Notes: generated from the letters alone by a model not told the origin. Numbered from the stretch's first letter, positions 24,718-38,051 are shown. The stretch: 64,000 nt of DNA from Octopus bimaculoides (GCF_001194135.2 NC_069000.1:1159079-1223078); one strand, 5' to 3'. Numbers and translations are program-made.

Positions 24718-27700
24718 ATCATCAATAGATGCAAATATACTCGCATACTCACAAAATGGGAATAGATATTACGTTTACAACTTCCGCAATTTATTGTTAA
24801 ATTGTAAAGGTAATTTATGGACACTCTCTCTCACAATATATCTAATTCTATATCTATATATCTATCTAGCTAGCTAGCTAGCTAGTTATGTGTGTGTGTA
24901 TATAAAGAGAGAGAGAGAAAGAGAGAAAGAAACAGACAGACAAAATACCCGACTTATTGACTGATTGGTTGGTAAAGAGTTTTGTTATGGCTGAGAGTAG
25001 ATGTATGTTGTTGGCTGAGCTTAACGAATAAACAAAGTATTGGGTTTGATTTACGAGTGATCAGTTGAACCCCTTTGCTTATATTTGTAATCAATTAATA
25101 GGGAGGAATTGTGTCAACGGACGAATCCATCAACCTCAAACATATCAGGCGAAAGAACGGGGTAAATTAAAGAGGTTCTCCCCCACTCCAGAATTTTCAG
25201 AGGGTTATGCTGAAGAAACATAATTATCATAGATTTACACTAGACAAAACATATATCGTATTGCTACTTGCTCTCTCCCTCACTCGTCCTCTCTCCTTCC
25301 CTTTGGGAAATTCTATCCATAATATTTTTTTTGTTTTCTAATCGGGAAATAAAATGAAAACTTTAAAACGATAATTTCCAAGCACTAAAAATCGATCCTT
25401 GCTCAGTTTTTACTGGAAATTTGATATTTGAATTTTACGAATCTAATAAAGGTTTGTGTTTGAACTTAGAATTTATTAAAATAAAGGTGTTTAAAGGAAT
25501 GGTTTACAAATTTAAATTTCGATCAATGTTTGTTTCTACACGAAGTTGATTGGTAAATATGAAAAATCGATGTTCCTAAAAAATACAGATTATCCAATGC
25601 ATAAGTCCATTATTTAGTAAATGTGTCAGTGCTTAACCGACATCAACATTCCCAAAAAGCATTGGAATTTCCTGAAAACAATGTATGGCCGCTAGAAATT
25701 CCTCGATCTAAAGAGATCGAAACAAAATATCGACTTCGAAATGTAAAATTTTTACTGGAAATGTTTTAACCAAGGATTGCCTCCCTTGTTAGAAATAGTT
25801 CTGTTCTTTTTGTTTTTGTTTCTTTAGCAATCTGAAAATCGTTTGGAGAGGAAAATGGAACGAAGCTAGTGTTTAAATTTATTTATTCTTCTTTCTCATA
25901 CAGTCACTGTGTTTTCTGCAATAAGGAAATGTTACCTTAACAGCAGCTAGTCAATTGCTTCAGTTTTGATTTTGGGTATCATTTTATACATGGAACGTGT
26001 TTTGATCTATCACCGCTTCTAATAATGGCGAGGTGAGAGCTGCTTGTTGATGTTGTTTTAGAAGAGATTAAACTCGATGCCGAGATAGAGAAATTATATT
26101 CAATACTGGAGAAAATACGGACTCTCCTTTTTCGGAAGTCGATCGTTTTACATTGCAGCACGTATCTTAATCACCAAATTGAGGCACCGAGGCTGCGATC
26201 AACCCGAAAACACACGCTTTCTTGATATATATTTATATTTTTTATTACTCTAATGAAAAACTGGTGTGGCTGAAAAAGCTCGCTGCTTTACAACGGGTTT
26301 TCTCCTCCTGCTGTTACTACGACGAGGGAGGGTAGCCGTTACCGAAACCCTCATTTTCTGCTTTCCCTGGTGAGTTTACAACCTTCCACAACTTTAAAAA
26401 AAGAAAAAACCTCATTAATTGCCCAGTGTTATCAACTTATCTCCTCCTCCCCCCTCCCCATCCAATTAACAGTGGGGAGGGAGGTGGAAGAGCACCTTGC
26501 TTCACTCGATTTCCTCATATACGCAACTCCTGTTCCCCTTTTTACTTCTATGTATTTCTAACTTGTTTCATGCAGTTCGATAAAACTATAAACAAATGGT
26601 TAAATGAAATTTGTTTATGAAAAAAAAAATTGTTTTACTAACTAGGGCGTGTAAGTCTAGCTTTTCTCAGACCTACTCCAATAATAACGATTGAAATATT
26701 TCAAATATCCCTTACTACTTAACATTATATCTATGTTTAATGTATGTATGCGGATGTGAGTGTGTGTAAATTGAAATGCGTTTTGTTTTACCTATAAATG
26801 GATGCAAGGGTATAAGAATTCGTATTTGTTAAAAATAAATTTTTATTCAATGTCGACTTCATCTTAATCCTTACCTTACGGTGTAGACCTAAAGGAATTT
26901 AAACTCGGACTTGACCTCTTATTTTTTTCTTCTAAATAAATATATCATAACAACAATAATAGTAATAATAATAAGAGATATCTTCGCTTTCCTAAACAAG
27001 GGGGTTTAATTTTGTCATTTATGGCAGTTCGCAATGTCTGTCTCAGTTCCATTGGGTGGGGGTGTTCAGCTGGGGAAAAAGCGATTCTAGAGAACAACAA
27101 AATAAGAGAAACATGAGAGAAAATAAAAGGGCAAAAGATTTCGGATAAAATCTATTAAAGCTTATGATCTCAACCATCCACCACACACACATATGAATAA
27201 GAAGAGATAGAAAAGAGAAAGAAAAATCTAACACGGAATATCGTGGTGAAATTTTGTTTGCGATTTTTAACTCTGAGATCGAAGGAACCTCATTGATTGG
27301 TTTTTACAACCATAACAAGTAAGGCCTTCTTCTATAGGAAAATCATCATCATTCTCATAATCATGATTATGTTCGGTACCAAAATATTTCTGATTTATTC
27401 AATTATACCCGAACACTGTTCCTACCAATTTTTTAATATTTAAAATGATTATTTTTTCAGTCTTCTGTTCGCTCATTATGTACATTTTAGATTTCTTTTT
27501 ATTTGTAAAAGGAGAAAAAAAAAATCCTCCGGAGCCCACGGAATTTTACGCTGTTTACGACTTTACATATTTCTTACCTTAAAACCCCCTTTTTTTTAAA
27601 TTATATATCCAAATACATAGGGGAAAATACACTATATTTTATTAGACTTGATCGCCTTTTTCCTCCTATATATATACGAGTTCCCATTTGTAACAGGTAA

Positions 27701-27898
27701 ATAGTGCGGGGTTTCTCTTTCATTTATTTGGGTTTATTTGTGTTGTTGTTTCATGGATAATATATGTAGTTGGAAGACACACAGCATATATTTTTTTTCA
27801 TTTAGCGATTAGAAGAGAATAAATATCGTTTATTTTATGAGACAAATTACAGATACACACACAGTTTATATGTGTGTACATATAAGTACATATAAATA

Positions 27899-27947
<49 letters not shown>

Positions 27948-28896
27948 ATGTTTACACATTTATATATATGTATATATATATATATATATACATATATATG
28001 TAAATTATATATGTAGATATGCGTATTTGTGTGTGCGTATATACACATACAAACATCATCCTCATTATTTTACGTTCTCTTTCCATGTTGACATGGGTTG
28101 GACGGCTGTGTATTTATACACATGCATNNNNNNNNNNNNNNNNNNNNNNNNNNATATATATATATATATAATAAGATTTAAAATAAACTGTGTTTTAAGC
28201 CTACAGGTCTATTAAAGCTGGATCTAATCCTGTTTTCTTAGGTAATATTAAGCGACTGAGAATAAAAAAAAAACTACCCCTGGACGGGATGAGAGTCCTT
28301 CACAGGCTTACCTTCACCCAGCTAATCTGCCATTGGTACTCATTTACAGCTGAGCGAACCGAAGCAACGTTGAATGGAGTGTCTTGCCCAAGGGCAGTGT
28401 GCTGTCTGCTCAAAGACCTAATGATTGAGTTCAAAAACCAAATCATTAGACCTCACACCACTGACAATACGCACATATATAGTCGCACAAACACTATTAT
28501 ACATATATGTATATAATATATAAATTTACATGTGTGTAAATATATATACACGGGTATATAATTTTGTATGTATACATGTGTGTAAATATACATTAGCAAA
28601 CAAACATTCACATCTGTCTGTATATGAATACATATACAAGCATACATATGTACACGTATAGAGGTGTATGTGTGAGTACATATACACATTTCTGTGTATA
28701 TGCATATATTTGTGTGTGAAATATATTTAAAGTATTGAACACTTTATATGAAAACCTTGTTTGTATATATTTATATTGTGTATGTGTGTGTGTAAATATA
28801 TTTGTATGCTAATATATTTGTAAATTTACGTGTATGTTTAACTGTACATGTCCGTGTATATATATTGATACACGTAGAAAATATATTTTATCTCTC

Positions 28897-28948
<52 letters not shown>

Positions 28949-29784
28949 CTCTCGGAGTTTAATATGCATATAGAAGTGACATTTTAAATAAATAGCTAAA
29001 ATCTTGTTTTCCATCACACAGTCGAAAATATAATGATGGTAATTATAATCGGACTTAAATAATACTAGATATCATGTAAATATTTCATTCCATCTATTTG
29101 TGATGTGCGAATTCTAGAAAATAATAGTGACCGGAGTAAAATGTGCTAAATGCGTGTCTCGAAGCCCGCCATGCTGTTCAGTGGAAACTCGTTTCCACAA
29201 ACCCTCTTTCTTTCGCTCTCCAAGATATAATTTACGAGGTTGCATATTTTAATATTTTCACATGGAATGGCTATTTCACCTCCACCCCGCCAAACATTCT
29301 CGTTATTTTTTTAGTTCATTCTTCCCAACAAGAGCGTCTAGCCGTCTTTACAAACACACCCACACACTAATAAGATGCCCATGTGTTACAACACACGTTT
29401 CTTGTTCATTTTACTATTCACTATTTTCGTGTTGTGAGTGGAGTGAGTGATTGATTGATTGATTGAGCTGGTGAGTGTGCGTTTGAGTGACAGAGAAAGG
29501 GAGGGCGGGTGAGTGAATGATTGAGTGACAGAGAAAGGGAGGGATGGTGAGCGAGAGAGTGACTGGCTGAGAAAGGGAGGGGGTGAGTGGGAAAGAATAA
29601 GTAAATTAATATGTAGGTGCGCGTTTAAATAAACGTAGTAGTATATGTATGTTTATATATAATTCTATATATCTATATATATGTATGTGTGTGTGTGTAT
29701 AAATTATAAAAAGATTTCTTCATGAAAAACGGAAAATAAGCGATGTTCTCCTTTTACTAGTTAAAATGTGCGTGAAAGAATCAG

Positions 29785-29815
<31 letters not shown>

Positions 29816-29883
29816 AGATATTGACCCAGAATAAAAGACTATACACTGCATTTATGTATTCAGTTTTTGATCGAAAATTCACA

Positions 29884-29918
<35 letters not shown>

Positions 29919-30238
29919 NNNNNNNNNNNNNNNNNNNNNNNNNNNNNNNNNNNNNNNNNNNNNNNNNNNNNNNNNNNNNNNNNNNNNNNNNNNNNNNCCC
30001 CCCCCCCCCCTTTTTTTTTTTTCAACTTCTCTCCGTCACTAAATCTAACGAAACCGTACTCATGGCTACATGGCGTGGTCCACACCCCTGAAACATAAAT
30101 ACTACATTCATGAACCGTAGTATAATATTTTCCTTTACCAAAAACGATGTGTTTGTTTAGCTTGTATTTTTTTTTCTCGCACCCTTTTGTCGGAGTGGTC
30201 GGCTTTCGATCTATTACTATCCTGTTGTTGCTTCTTAG

Positions 30239-30287
<49 letters not shown>

Positions 30288-31151
30288 TTTTTTCCATTCC
30301 ACTCCCTCTTACAATGAACAGAACTGATTCTATATCGATCCCTCTTTTCAGACAATTACTTTCACATCTAAGATACATTAGATTCGCTGTGTGCGTGTTT
30401 TGTTGTCTAGATTCTATTCTAACCCTGCACGTATACAACACATGTGTATATATTATATACATAGCTGTGTGTATAATTTATTAACGAGCCATTTGTATTT
30501 TTTCTCTTAATTTTTCAGATGAGATCAGAAAGTTCAATTTCTGCTTGGCTCTCGCTATTTCTATACCGTTCTTTATACACATTTTTATTTCATTTGCACT
30601 TCTCCAAATCAACGAGTATATATGTGTGTGTGTATATATANNNNNNNNNNATATAATGTATTCTCGGTGTATGCATAAATATAATTCGTTGTATGTAGAT
30701 ATTAATAATTTAATACGGGTGTCTGTGTATATATTATAATTAATTATGGTGTGTGTTTACACACACTCATATATACATATACAAACACATGAGTGTATGT
30801 GTAATACGCGCGCACACGCATATACGAACGCATGTTTATAACGCTGAGTTTGTCTACATACATTACATATATACATAATTAACTTTGCCTCCATCCATGT
30901 ATGCGTGTGAAGATGTGAGTGCGTTGAGGTTCAATTTACGCACAACACGCCGTTATAATTATGCACGTCGTCACACATATGTAGTGTGTGTGCATACGTG
31001 ATGTGTAATGCTCGGAGTTTGCATATACTTAACACACACGTGTAACACAACGCATGTGTTTTCTACAAATACACACGTAGGAGTAAACGCAGGAATTTAT
31101 GTATACAATTTTCTATATCGAGAAGAGATAATTATTCAACACATTCAAACG

Positions 31152-31209
<58 letters not shown>

Positions 31210-31542
31210 AGGTACACACGTACACTCACACACACAATTTGTCAGACCTCTGATAAAAACGTCGATTAAAACAGTCCGCATCACATCTTTTATTCAGGCA
31301 TAGTCTAGCTAAGTCTACATTACCCAAATGTGTAATCTAATTTTTCTTTTTTTAAAACTGTAGGGTGTGGTTTTGGGGAGTTCGTTGTTATTTCTAGCTC
31401 ATCAAGCACTTGCATCATTGGCTACACACACGCACTTTATTCACACGCAGAAACATGTATACATATACCTATTTAAAAAAATATATATATATACATATAT
31501 ATATATATATGTATATATACACATACACACATACTTATTTTA

Positions 31543-31573
<31 letters not shown>

Positions 31574-31876
31574 GTTGTGCACATGGTGTGTGTGTGTGTA
31601 TTCGGCAAATGTTTCTCTGAATGAAGCTTTTATTAGGGGGCACTGAGAACAGTTTTTTCACTTATTTCTTAAAACTTCTCCTGGATAGTACACCAGTCCC
31701 TTCTTAACGTGTAACTCTAGAAACAAGTGGCATTTGTTGTTGACACAGAAACTTATTAGCATTCACAGATCTGTCTCTTCATTTAATGTGTAGACGTGTC
31801 TGTTGTCTTTATCAGCATGGCTTGTGTGTGTGTGTGTTGTCTTTATCAGCATGGCTTGTGTGTGTGTGTGTTGTCT

Positions 31877-32215
31877 TCATGGCTGTGTGGCAAGAAGTTT
31901 GTTTTCCAACCATATGATCTTCAGTTCAGTCCCATTGTGTGACACCCTGGGGCAAGTGTCTTCTAGTATAGGCCTTAAGCCAACCAGGAGCCTTGTGTGT
32001 GTCTGTGTTTGCCCCCCCACCCTCTTGCTTCACATCCGGTGTTGGTTTGTTTATGTCTGCATGACTTAGTATTTATTTCTGCAAAAGAAACTGATAGAAT
32101 AAGCACCAGACTCAAAAAATAAGTACAGGGGTTGATTTGTTTGCCTAAAGTTCTTTGAGGTGGTGCTCCAGCATGGCAACAGTCTGATGACAAATAAGTG
32201 AAAGAATATAAGAAT
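31877..32215 (+). mobile_element. Full-length SINE family A (head, core, microsatellite hinge, 3' module i)
   Basis: CATGGCTGTGTGG...CAGTTCAGTCCCA...GTTTGCCCCCCCAC...GGTGCTCCAGCATGGC...AAAGAATATAAGAAT. Confidence 0.85.
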
Positions 32216-32420
32216 GAACATCATCATCGCCCTTTAACATGTTTTCTCCTGCTGTCATGGGTTGGACAGACGAAGGGCTGCACCAAGCTCTGGTGTCTGC
32301 TTCAGCATGATTTCTACATCTGGACACCTCTCCGAAGGCCAGCTGCTTTACAGAGTGTCCTGGATGGGTTTTGTAGTGGCACTGGCACTGGGGAGGTCAC
32401 CCAGGTCCTACAAGACAAGA
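32215..32420 (-). mobile_element. RTE-tail repeat (family C)
   Basis: CATCATCATCGCCCTTTAACATG...CATGGGTTGGACAG...CATCTGGACACCTCTCC. Confidence 0.7.
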
Positions 32421-32689
32421 TTCCTCAACCGAGTGGAATATAGCAATGAGGGATATGAAAATATGATGGGGAGGCAGGAGTGAGGGTCTTGCTGAAGAGG
32501 TGGATACATGGCTTCCCCGTCTGGAAAGAGAGAGGCAGGATGTGAGGTTAAGGTACAAGGTGAATAGGAAAGGGAGAATAGGGTAAAGGGACAGAAACGT
32601 GTGGGTGGGTCAGTGTGTGCAGTGGGGTGTGAAAAGAGTGTACTCACACACAAAGGCCCTTGAATTGAGGGCTGTTTGTCTTGCAAGTT

Positions 32690-32890
32690 GCTTAGTGACC
32701 CTGCTGGTGCCACATAAGAAGCACTCAGTACATTCTTTAAAGGGGTTGGTGTTAGGAAGGGCAGTGTCCAGCTGTTGAAAGCATGCCAAAGCTAACAGCA
32801 AAGCTTGGCGCCGTCCTCTACCTTATTAGCTTCTGTCAAACAGTCCAACCCATGCCAGCATAGAAGATGGCCATCGAATGGTAATGAAGA
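32690..32890 (+). mobile_element. RTE-tail repeat (family C), inverted relative to 32215-32420
   Basis: GTTAGGAAGGGCAG...CCAGCTG...GTCCAACCCATGCCAGCATAGAA. Confidence 0.7.
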
Positions 32891-33350
32891 AGAAATTGTC
32901 TCAAGTACTGGTATTGTTATTTTCATGGCACCAGTGGTATAGAGGTTGTCTTCCCCTAAAGAAAACTAAAGAACCTGCTCAAACCCTGTATTGCTGTTCA
33001 GTTTGAATACATACACAAATATACCGGATGCTTTTGTTCTGGAACCACCAATAATGGTGTCACCTTGGAACTAGCAAGGCAAAAGAGAACATCCATGATG
33101 GAAAGGGTAGAAATTGAAATACAATGGGGAAAATGTATTTTTTATTGTAGGAGTTGGTTGAGGAAAGAGGGCTAGTGTGAGGAAGAGATCAGGATGGACT
33201 CTTGAGTGAGATTAGTGTGAAAGAAGGAGAGGATATAGTAAGGGTAATGGGGTGAATTAAATAAGGGGACCCAGGGATCTCCCACAATATATATATATAT
33301 ACACACATCATTATTTTGTGTTTACTCCCTCCGCATACACACACAATGAT

Positions 33351-33505
33351 TTTCCGTCTCCCAAATTCATTCACATTGAGTTTGTGAATGCTTTGACAGG
33401 AGACTGTGTGTGCCACCATGGGCCACACATTGAGATTGAATCCAGTTCTATGTGGTTGTGAAATGAAATTTTTAACCTGATGCCAAGTGCCTGTTACAGC
33501 CATGC
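33351..33505 (-). mobile_element. Old SINE family A
   Basis: TTTCCGTCTCCCAAATTCATTCAC...ACAGCCATGC. Confidence 0.55.
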
Positions 33506-33569
33506 ACACACATAAGTACATATTATATAATGTACATGTGTGTGTGTGTGTATGTATATATATATATAT

Positions 33570-33773
33570 GGGAGAATATACAAAAAATAACAACAGACGA
33601 GGACAGGTGGTGTAAATAACAAAAGTATATATTAGTATGACGCTCGGGAATACGGAAAGTCTTTGACGTTTCGAGCTACGCTCTTCAACAGAAAGAATAC
33701 GGAGACAAGGAGAAAAACACGGAGAAAAAAAATTGAATAGTGTTCAGTCAACGGTCAATCATAATAATGGTCA

Positions 33774-33780
<7 letters not shown>
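33570..33780 (-). mobile_element. Penelope-like element terminal repeat fragment (young, CpG-retaining)
   Basis: Contains the hammerhead-like motif at 33660-33696; many intact CpGs within a CpG-poor neighbourhood. Confidence 0.6.
33660..33696 (-). ncRNA. Minimal type I hammerhead ribozyme-like motif (A6U variant)
   Basis: UCUUU-CUGUUGA-A-GAGC-GUA-GCUC-GAAA-CG-UC-AAAGA: 5-bp stem I, 4-bp stem II, GUC cleavage triplet. Confidence 0.6.
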
Positions 33781-33847
<67 letters not shown>

Positions 33848-34091
33848 TGTATGATAATGGTCATCATTTTAATGTCCACTTCTCCCTGCTTGTATGGGTA
33901 AAATGGAATTAATGTGGATTTTATACAGCCAGATGTCCTTCCTGTTTCCATCCCTCAACAGTTTCCCTAAGGCTGGACATGTCTCCATGGTAAATTGGAA
34001 TGGATGCAGCTTGTATGATGGTGATGCTTGTTTAGATTTATCATACTGTTGAGACAAGAACACTCACATGCACATGGATGGCAACACACAC

Positions 34092-34470
34092 AGAGGCTTC
34101 ATTCAGTTTCATCCTACCAAATCTACTTGAACAACTCAAGAGTGTAGTAGAAGACACTTGCAGTGGAACTGACCTTAAAGCCTTGTGGTTTGGAAGCAAT
34201 CAACCACACAGCTATTCCTGTGTTGTGCATGTGTGTGTGTATACACACACATACATAGATCATCATCATCATCATATGTCCATTTTCCATGCTGGCATAG
34301 GTTATACAGTTTGACAGGAGCTTCTCCAGGCTCCAGTTGTCTGTTTTGGCATGGTTTCTACAACCAGATGCCCTTCCTAACATGCCAACCACTTTGCAGA
34401 GTGTACAAAGGATGCTTTTTATGTGGCACCAGCACAGGTGACACAGACCTGGGTGTTATTTACATGGCAC
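34092..34470 (-). mobile_element. SINE family A (34092-34222) plus RTE-tail repeat (34260-34470)
   Basis: GTAGTAGAAGACACTTG...ACCACACAGC; then CATCATCAT...TTCCATGCTGGCAT...CAGATGCCCTTCCTAAC. Confidence 0.7.
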
Positions 34471-34639
34471 CCCCCCCTCCACATATATAATAAGAAAACA
34501 AATGTCTTCCACACAACAGGTTTACCAAAATGAAACCTGGGTTTCTACCCTTGAATTTTAACATTAGTCGGGAATCCGATAACCTAAATTCAGATTGGGA
34601 GCTTCATTGATAATACCCTACCATTCTATCTTCCCAGGG

Positions 34640-34731
<92 letters not shown>

Positions 34732-34789
34732 TGCAAACCTTTGTACCTAGTATTTATTGGTTTCGAGAAAGCTTTCAGCAGAGTAGTTA

Positions 34790-37100
34790 AGACTACTTCC
34801 TCTGTTAACCCTCCTCTGATTCTACTGCACCTCTTATATGTTAATAGCTTGCACTGGGTACACCGTATAGAATTTCTACTTATACCATTTCTACATATTA
34901 AGCAGGACCATCTCCTCTCCTGCTTACTAGTACTTTGGTCTTTGCTAAGTTAACTTTAAGGCTCTTTGATTCCAGACCCTGCTTCCACATCTGAAATTTC
35001 TTCTAGTTCTGGTAGTAGTTCAACCATAAAGAACGAGGTCATCAGCATGGAGGGGCTCCTGTGTGCAACCAGTTTTAAATTTCTCTGTTATGGCCTGGAC
35101 GGCTGTGGTAAGCAAGAGCCTTGGTGAACTTCTACCTGCACATTAAATTTCCTGCTACGCTCTTTGCCAACCCTCACCTTATTGACAGCATCGCTGTACG
35201 TGCTCTGTACAGCTCTCACCAACCACTCATCTATGCCTAGCTTCTGCAATGACCACCAGATGAGGGAGCAAGGGACCCTGTTAAAGGCTTTCTCTATGTT
35301 GACAAATGCAAGTATGGTGGTTTATTTTTCTCTGAATGCTTAATCCACAGTCTTACTTGGAAGATAGTGTCAGTCGTGCATCTCCCTGGCACAAAACCAA
35401 ACTGCATCTCAACTAGGTAAACTCTCTTCTTAATTTGTTCAGCTATGTTCCATTCTGTAACTTTCATGACCTGATCCAGCAATTTGATCCTTCTGTGATT
35501 ATTTCTGTCTTAGGCATCTCCTTTACCTGTGTAACAGTTGGTTATAATGCTGTTACATCAGCTGTTGGATAGGAGCCCTTCCTGGACAACCTGATTAACT
35601 CTACAGGTGACTGAACCATATCCCACTCTGCCAGATATTTTAAGCATCTCAGCAGTGATTCCTGATGGACCAGGGTTCACTCTGTTGACAAATCCTTAAT
35701 TGCTTTATCTATTCTGCTGCTGTCAATTCAGATTGTTGGTCCTTCTGTTGGGTCCACATTAGGAAGACGCTTCTCCCGTATATATTCTCCACATTTAGCA
35801 ACCTTTCACAGTGACACTTCCATGCCTCTTCCGTGCAGAATCACTAACTGCAAGTGAACCATCCTGCAAACACACTTCTCTCCTACAACACTGCAATCTA
35901 AAACACCTCAAGCCCTTGGTCCTTGCATTGTAGAACATTAACAAACGTCTTTCTTTCTGCTTCTCTAGCTAAATAAACCTGTCACCCAGTTTCTTTTCTA
36001 GCTACCTGGTATACTTCTCTTCTACCCCACTCTTCCAGATCTTTTGTTTCTTTGCTCTTCTGGCTGTCTCTGCTACACTGCTCCACCACCATGTCACCCT
36101 TGCTCTAGTTGGTACTTTGCACCAGCCACAAATTTGATCTGTGTCCCTCAGTAATTTGTCCTCTGTTATATGTCTCTCCTCCTTTTTTGTCAAATGCTTC
36201 AATTAGAACATTGCTAAATTTGACTATTCAAAGGATCTTAAAGCTTTCATATCTTCCTTTTCTGAGCTGGTTTGCTTCTTGGAGTCTTTCTAGCCTAAAG
36301 TCTGAAGTTGCTAATGACTAACCCATTCTTTACCCTGGAAGGTCTTTGTATTTATGAGCAATCCTCTGTTCTGCTTTCTGGTGAGAATGTAGTTAATCTG
36401 GGTTTTATGGCCACCAGCTTGACAGATGATCAGGTGATTGGCTGGTTTCCTAGTTAGTGTTACAGACCATTAGATTGCTTGCATCACAGAACTCCAGTAG
36501 CCTCGTTCCGTCCTCATTTCAGAAACCAACTCTATAGTCTCCATATGTACTATGGGAGCCATCTGAATGTTGCCCAACATCTCCATTCCAATCATCAGCC
36601 ATGAACATAAGATCACTGTTATTTGTCATGGAAGTACATTGATAAAGGATATCATTAAATTGATCCTTTTTTTTTTTGCCTGGCTGTCTGTTTGAGGAGC
36701 ATAGAAATAATAGTTGTATCACTTTGCCAAAAAAGTCTATCATGCACTCTCATTACCTTAATCACCTTATCCACCCATTTCTCAGCTTAAAGTATACCCG
36801 TGTCACCTTCCCCATCACTAATGCCTTCCCAGAAGGTTTATACCTATGTTCTTTGCCAGTGAGGAACTTTGACTGAGGCTCCCTTCCATCTTACTTCTTG
36901 AATGCATCACACATCTACAAGCCTCGATTCTAGCATCTCAGCAATCTCACCAGCACCAGTCTTACTTTTATATGTGCCCGCATTGAGCGTGCGAATTTTA
37001 AGAATACAGAAAGAGGTAACGAGTGAACAGGGAAATGGGTGCATCTGAAATGAAGCTTTGTATGGACATTTGCTAGCAGGCATGTCATATCAGTTTGTTC
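34790..37100 (-). mobile_element. Decayed RTE-clade LINE (APE endonuclease + RT), 3' end missing
   Basis: Minus-strand fragments: TLNAG...EIAEML...CIQEVRW (APE N-terminus), DWNGDVG (APE), TWWW, QFGFVPGRCTTDTIF, AFVNIEKAFNRV, HADDLV (YADD box), KQGLESKSLKVNLAKTK; many stops and frameshifts. Confidence 0.9.
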
Positions 37101-37524
37101 CCAAATTTATTTACCATCATTCGTTTGTTTCACACTTGGTGCATCTACTAGAAAAGGGTGTGGTATACAAACATTGTTTGTGCAAAGAGAAATGATAATT
37201 GATTAATTAACTGGCAAGTATCCTTAATTCACTTACATTTCTGCTGTGAAGGGTGTTAACTTTGCCTTTTATATTGTAATAATGTGATTGATAGAATGCT
37301 GATATAGTTGGGGTGGGGGAAGAAGTAATAGCCAGAAGCTTCGTAGATGAGAAATAAAACAAGACAATAGGGATTTGTGTGTGTGTGTATGTAAATTAAC
37401 AAGAAAATAAGAGAACAGGAATTGTGTGATTCCATTTATTAGCATACAGCTGTTTAGGCTGTGAAGAACTGCTCCCAGAGTTGAGTAGGAGTGTGACATT
37501 TTCTAATTTAATCAGAGCCTTTGC

Positions 37525-37592
37525 ATCATTTTATGAACTTCATTAGCTTACAGCTGTTTCTGCTGTCAGATAATGAAGTTCCACAAGATGAT
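37525..37592 (+). ncRNA. Candidate pre-miRNA-like hairpin
   Basis: 26 paired positions: a 20-position upper stem with 2 mismatches plus an 8-bp lower stem; 7-nt loop starting UGU; UG at the stem base. No known family recognised. Confidence 0.35.
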
Positions 37593-37991
37593 CGTTTATT
37601 CCTTTGTCCTTTCATTTTCTTATTACCGCTCTGTACTCAACTAATGCTTTGTTCATAAGCATATGTATATTGAGTTCTACATCAGGTTATCAGTATCACT
37701 ATGCATAAACGAAATGTATGTGTGCGTGTATGTAAGTGGTGTTTATAACATAATGTTTCTTCCATGGTTTACAATTGTTTCAACAACTTAAGGTAACAAA
37801 TCACACATTATGTCCGTAGACACTGATGTTAACTATGATTTAGTTATGAATATTGTTCAGAGTATATTACATAATGACAATGGCATGTGTATTATGCAAT
37901 TTTATGTATATTACATAATAACACCAGTAGTTGTTTCATCAGAACTAATTAAATAAAATAATACATATATTTGTGCGTATATGTGTGTGTA

Positions 37992-38051
<60 letters not shown>

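Noticed and set aside
37671-37695. TGAGTTCTACATCAGGTTAT resembles miR-12 (UGAGUAUUACAUCAGGUACU)
   Set aside because: The seed differs and no proper hairpin places it on an arm.
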